This document shows positions 48,583 to 50,711 of a stretch of DNA of 50,711 nucleotides, in pieces. Numbering within the stretch: position 1 is the stretch's first letter; every line of letters begins with the position of its first letter. This DNA comes from Psammoneis japonica. Lineage: Eukaryota. The notes under the pieces are model-generated. The model ran no database searches. It worked only from the letters and a program-made list of their open reading frames with translations, and was not told the origin of the DNA. The stretch lies in assembly GCA_008632985.1 (NCBI GenBank), contig QPGO01000100.1, forward strand, positions 62,001 to 112,711. The letters run 5' to 3'. The position numbers and the translations under genes are program-made.

Positions 48583-50417
48583 CCGGAGGACTCAACCGGT
48601 CCCGGCGTCCGTGACTGAAATTTCACCACGGTGAAGCACGAGAGTCGAATAATTCGATTGGACTCAACCGGTCCCGATTTTGCATTGAAAACGGCATGTT
48701 GTACTTTGATGCATCTCGCCATGGCATACATCGTTGGGTCGATGTATCTTTCATGTGGGATCTTTTTCTATCGTTGTTATAAAGAGGTTGATGCATTGGT
48801 TTGGTTTCCTGGGGGGCTTTGGTGGCGACACACGGTACAAACGGTTGCGTGCCTCGACTCGTGACTCGATTGCTGCACGGTACGGGTGACATCTGAATGG
48901 TCGACAACGTTGCCGTGGTAAGTTCTTTCTGTGTTTTCTCATTTTATACCGTTTATCTACTCACTAAAGATGTTGTTTGTGCTTGTTACAGCTTCATAGG
49001 AGGATATATCGTCTCGTACGGTCGATTGTTGCATCTGCAATATTGGCATCTTTTTCACGTCGTCGTCATCACAAAAGCGCATCCGTTTGGGAGCCTTGTG
49101 CTTCATCCCACTCCACATCTTTTGGTACATCTATTTTGACTATTTATTTGGACTTGTGACAAGCTTGATATGTTTTTGAAGGTCTTGGTCGGCTCGTAAT
49201 CACATCATGTCGTTTTTCGGCGACAACAATTTCTTGAAAGTGCATGCCGTGGGAACAAAACGATGCGATGGAGTCTCGGGGATACTCACGACATTGGCAT
49301 TTGTCAGACAGCCTTTCCATAGTCCAAAGAAGGTAACCCTGTGAGCATGTTGTGATTGATTGAGTTTTGGACTCGTTTTGACGAAACTTGCATACCTCAC
49401 GAGCCTTTTTTGGTGCGTCTCGATCATGCGCACAGGTGTCTGGTCCTTTTTGACCCTTTCCACCTACCCTTCAACCGCATTATCATCATTATCTAAGACA
49501 CAATATTGTCCACGTTATTTTGGGAGATCTTTGTGGTGTAACTACGACTCTAGGCTTTGCAATGGGTGAAATGGGAAGGTTGAGGCTTGTGTTGGCGGGT
49601 TCATCGCCTCCTCTTGAATGCGCGGATGCCACGAACCGCTGATGTTACTTGGGGGCATAAAAATTAGTAAGGCGACTCAGCTCTACATTTAAAAGGTGCC
49701 CTAGTGAGCATGCTGTGACATGTAACCCCAATGGATTATTGTTGTGTACGTTGTTCCACTCACATTTTCATTTTGCCTGTCATTTTCCAGTGTGACTGTC
49801 GTTGACCGTTAAAGCTTGCAGTGGCATTTCCAGGCCCATGTTCTACATGACAGATATCTTTTGATACTCTTTGCTCATATGGGGAAATCAGATCCTGGAG
49901 CACTCAGTTCCTGGTCGGGTGTAGAGAGGTGCAAGTGCAATGGATGAAATTTGGACCAGGGCACAGATGGAGTTGGGGCGAACGTGCTGTTTCTTCTCGC
50001 TGGTAGAGTTAGTTAGTGTGGGTGTGCGTGCGGATGGCCTCTCTATTTAGGGCTACTACTCTCTAGAGTGCTACAGTGCCACTCTAGAGTGGGGCTTGGC
50101 GCAAAAGGTAAGAGATCAATTTTTTTGTGATTTTCGACTCGTCGCGGCATCTTCGGCGTTGTCCGTTGACGACGACAAGCAATCCATTGAAATGACTTAT
50201 AGACTTGTGGCATTTTGTTGTTCTTTAGAGATATGATTGTATAGCTTCTAGTATTCTAGCTTTCTTCAAGGGTAGGATTGTATCGCATGTCCTTCGGGAA
50301 GAAGTCGCTTCATCCATCGCGGCGGCTTGTGCGTAGGGCTACGCACTAATTCTAGCGAGCGTCCGTCAGTCAGCCGGCGGGACCGGTTGAGGCAGCGGGA
50401 CCGGTTGAGTCCGCCGG
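48583..50417. mobile_element. Non-autonomous TA-targeting DNA transposon (Tc1/mariner/IS630-type ends), 1835 bp
   Basis: TA|CCGGAGGACTCAACCGGTCCCG ... CGGGACCGGTTGAGTCCGCCGG|TA. Inner copies of the TIR core lie at ~48660 and ~50378. No intact transposase is visible. Confidence 0.85.
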
Positions 50418-50627
50418 TAGCTCTCATCCCTTACTATTTACTAAAAATAAGTTTCCGATTCCTAAAAATAAATCCGTGACGTGGCAAGAATTATGTGTGT
50501 ATCGCGTGCATGAGCCGCCGCCGGCGCGTTACAACATGTACATCTCTGATGTTGAGTACACACGGTTAGACCCACACGACGCGATCGCGATCTCATCAAA
50601 AAATCAAACATCAAACATCAACCCACC

Positions 50628-50711
50628 ATGAACGAAGCAACTCCTTCCGTTTTATGGAGCGAAATAGAAAGCAAAGCAAGCACAATGATGGTTGGTGCTT
50701 GTCGTCACAAC
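50628..50711 (+). CDS. 5' end of a probable gene running off the window
   Basis: ACCACCATG after an (ATCAAAC)n leader, open to the window end (MNEATPSVLWSEIESK...). Confidence 0.4.
   Translation, partial: MNEATPSVLWSEIESKASTMMVGACRHN

Overview
Eukaryotic nuclear DNA, most likely from a diatom or related stramenopile alga (short GT-AG introns, a thylakoid-lumen protein with a tripartite presequence, a UGA/SECIS selenoprotein). Islands of intact genes (an intronless 589-aa repeat protein, an MDR oxidoreductase with one frameshift, a PsbQ-like protein, selenoprotein T with its SECIS plus a truncated tandem paralog, a rhomboid protease, a TMEM45/DUF716 protein) alternate with large blocks of decayed DNA (a MULE transposase, a CRE-type LINE, and IS630/Tc1, SDR, TauD and DUF1996 relics). 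The main signal is that the decayed blocks have lost almost all TpA (changed to TpG/CpA) as well as CpG. Tyr codons read Cys/His, GTAAGT splice donors read GCAAG, and duplicated sequences differ by TA vs TG/CA. This looks like a domain-targeted A:T to G:C hypermutation, opposite in direction to fungal RIP. Three long foldback palindromes lie at or near block edges. One sits inside a precisely delimited 1186-bp insertion with recombinase-like ends that splits the LINE in frame. Most of the short Cys/His-rich ORFs in the track are by-products of stop-codon loss. All counts are by eye and approximate, and no database searches were run.
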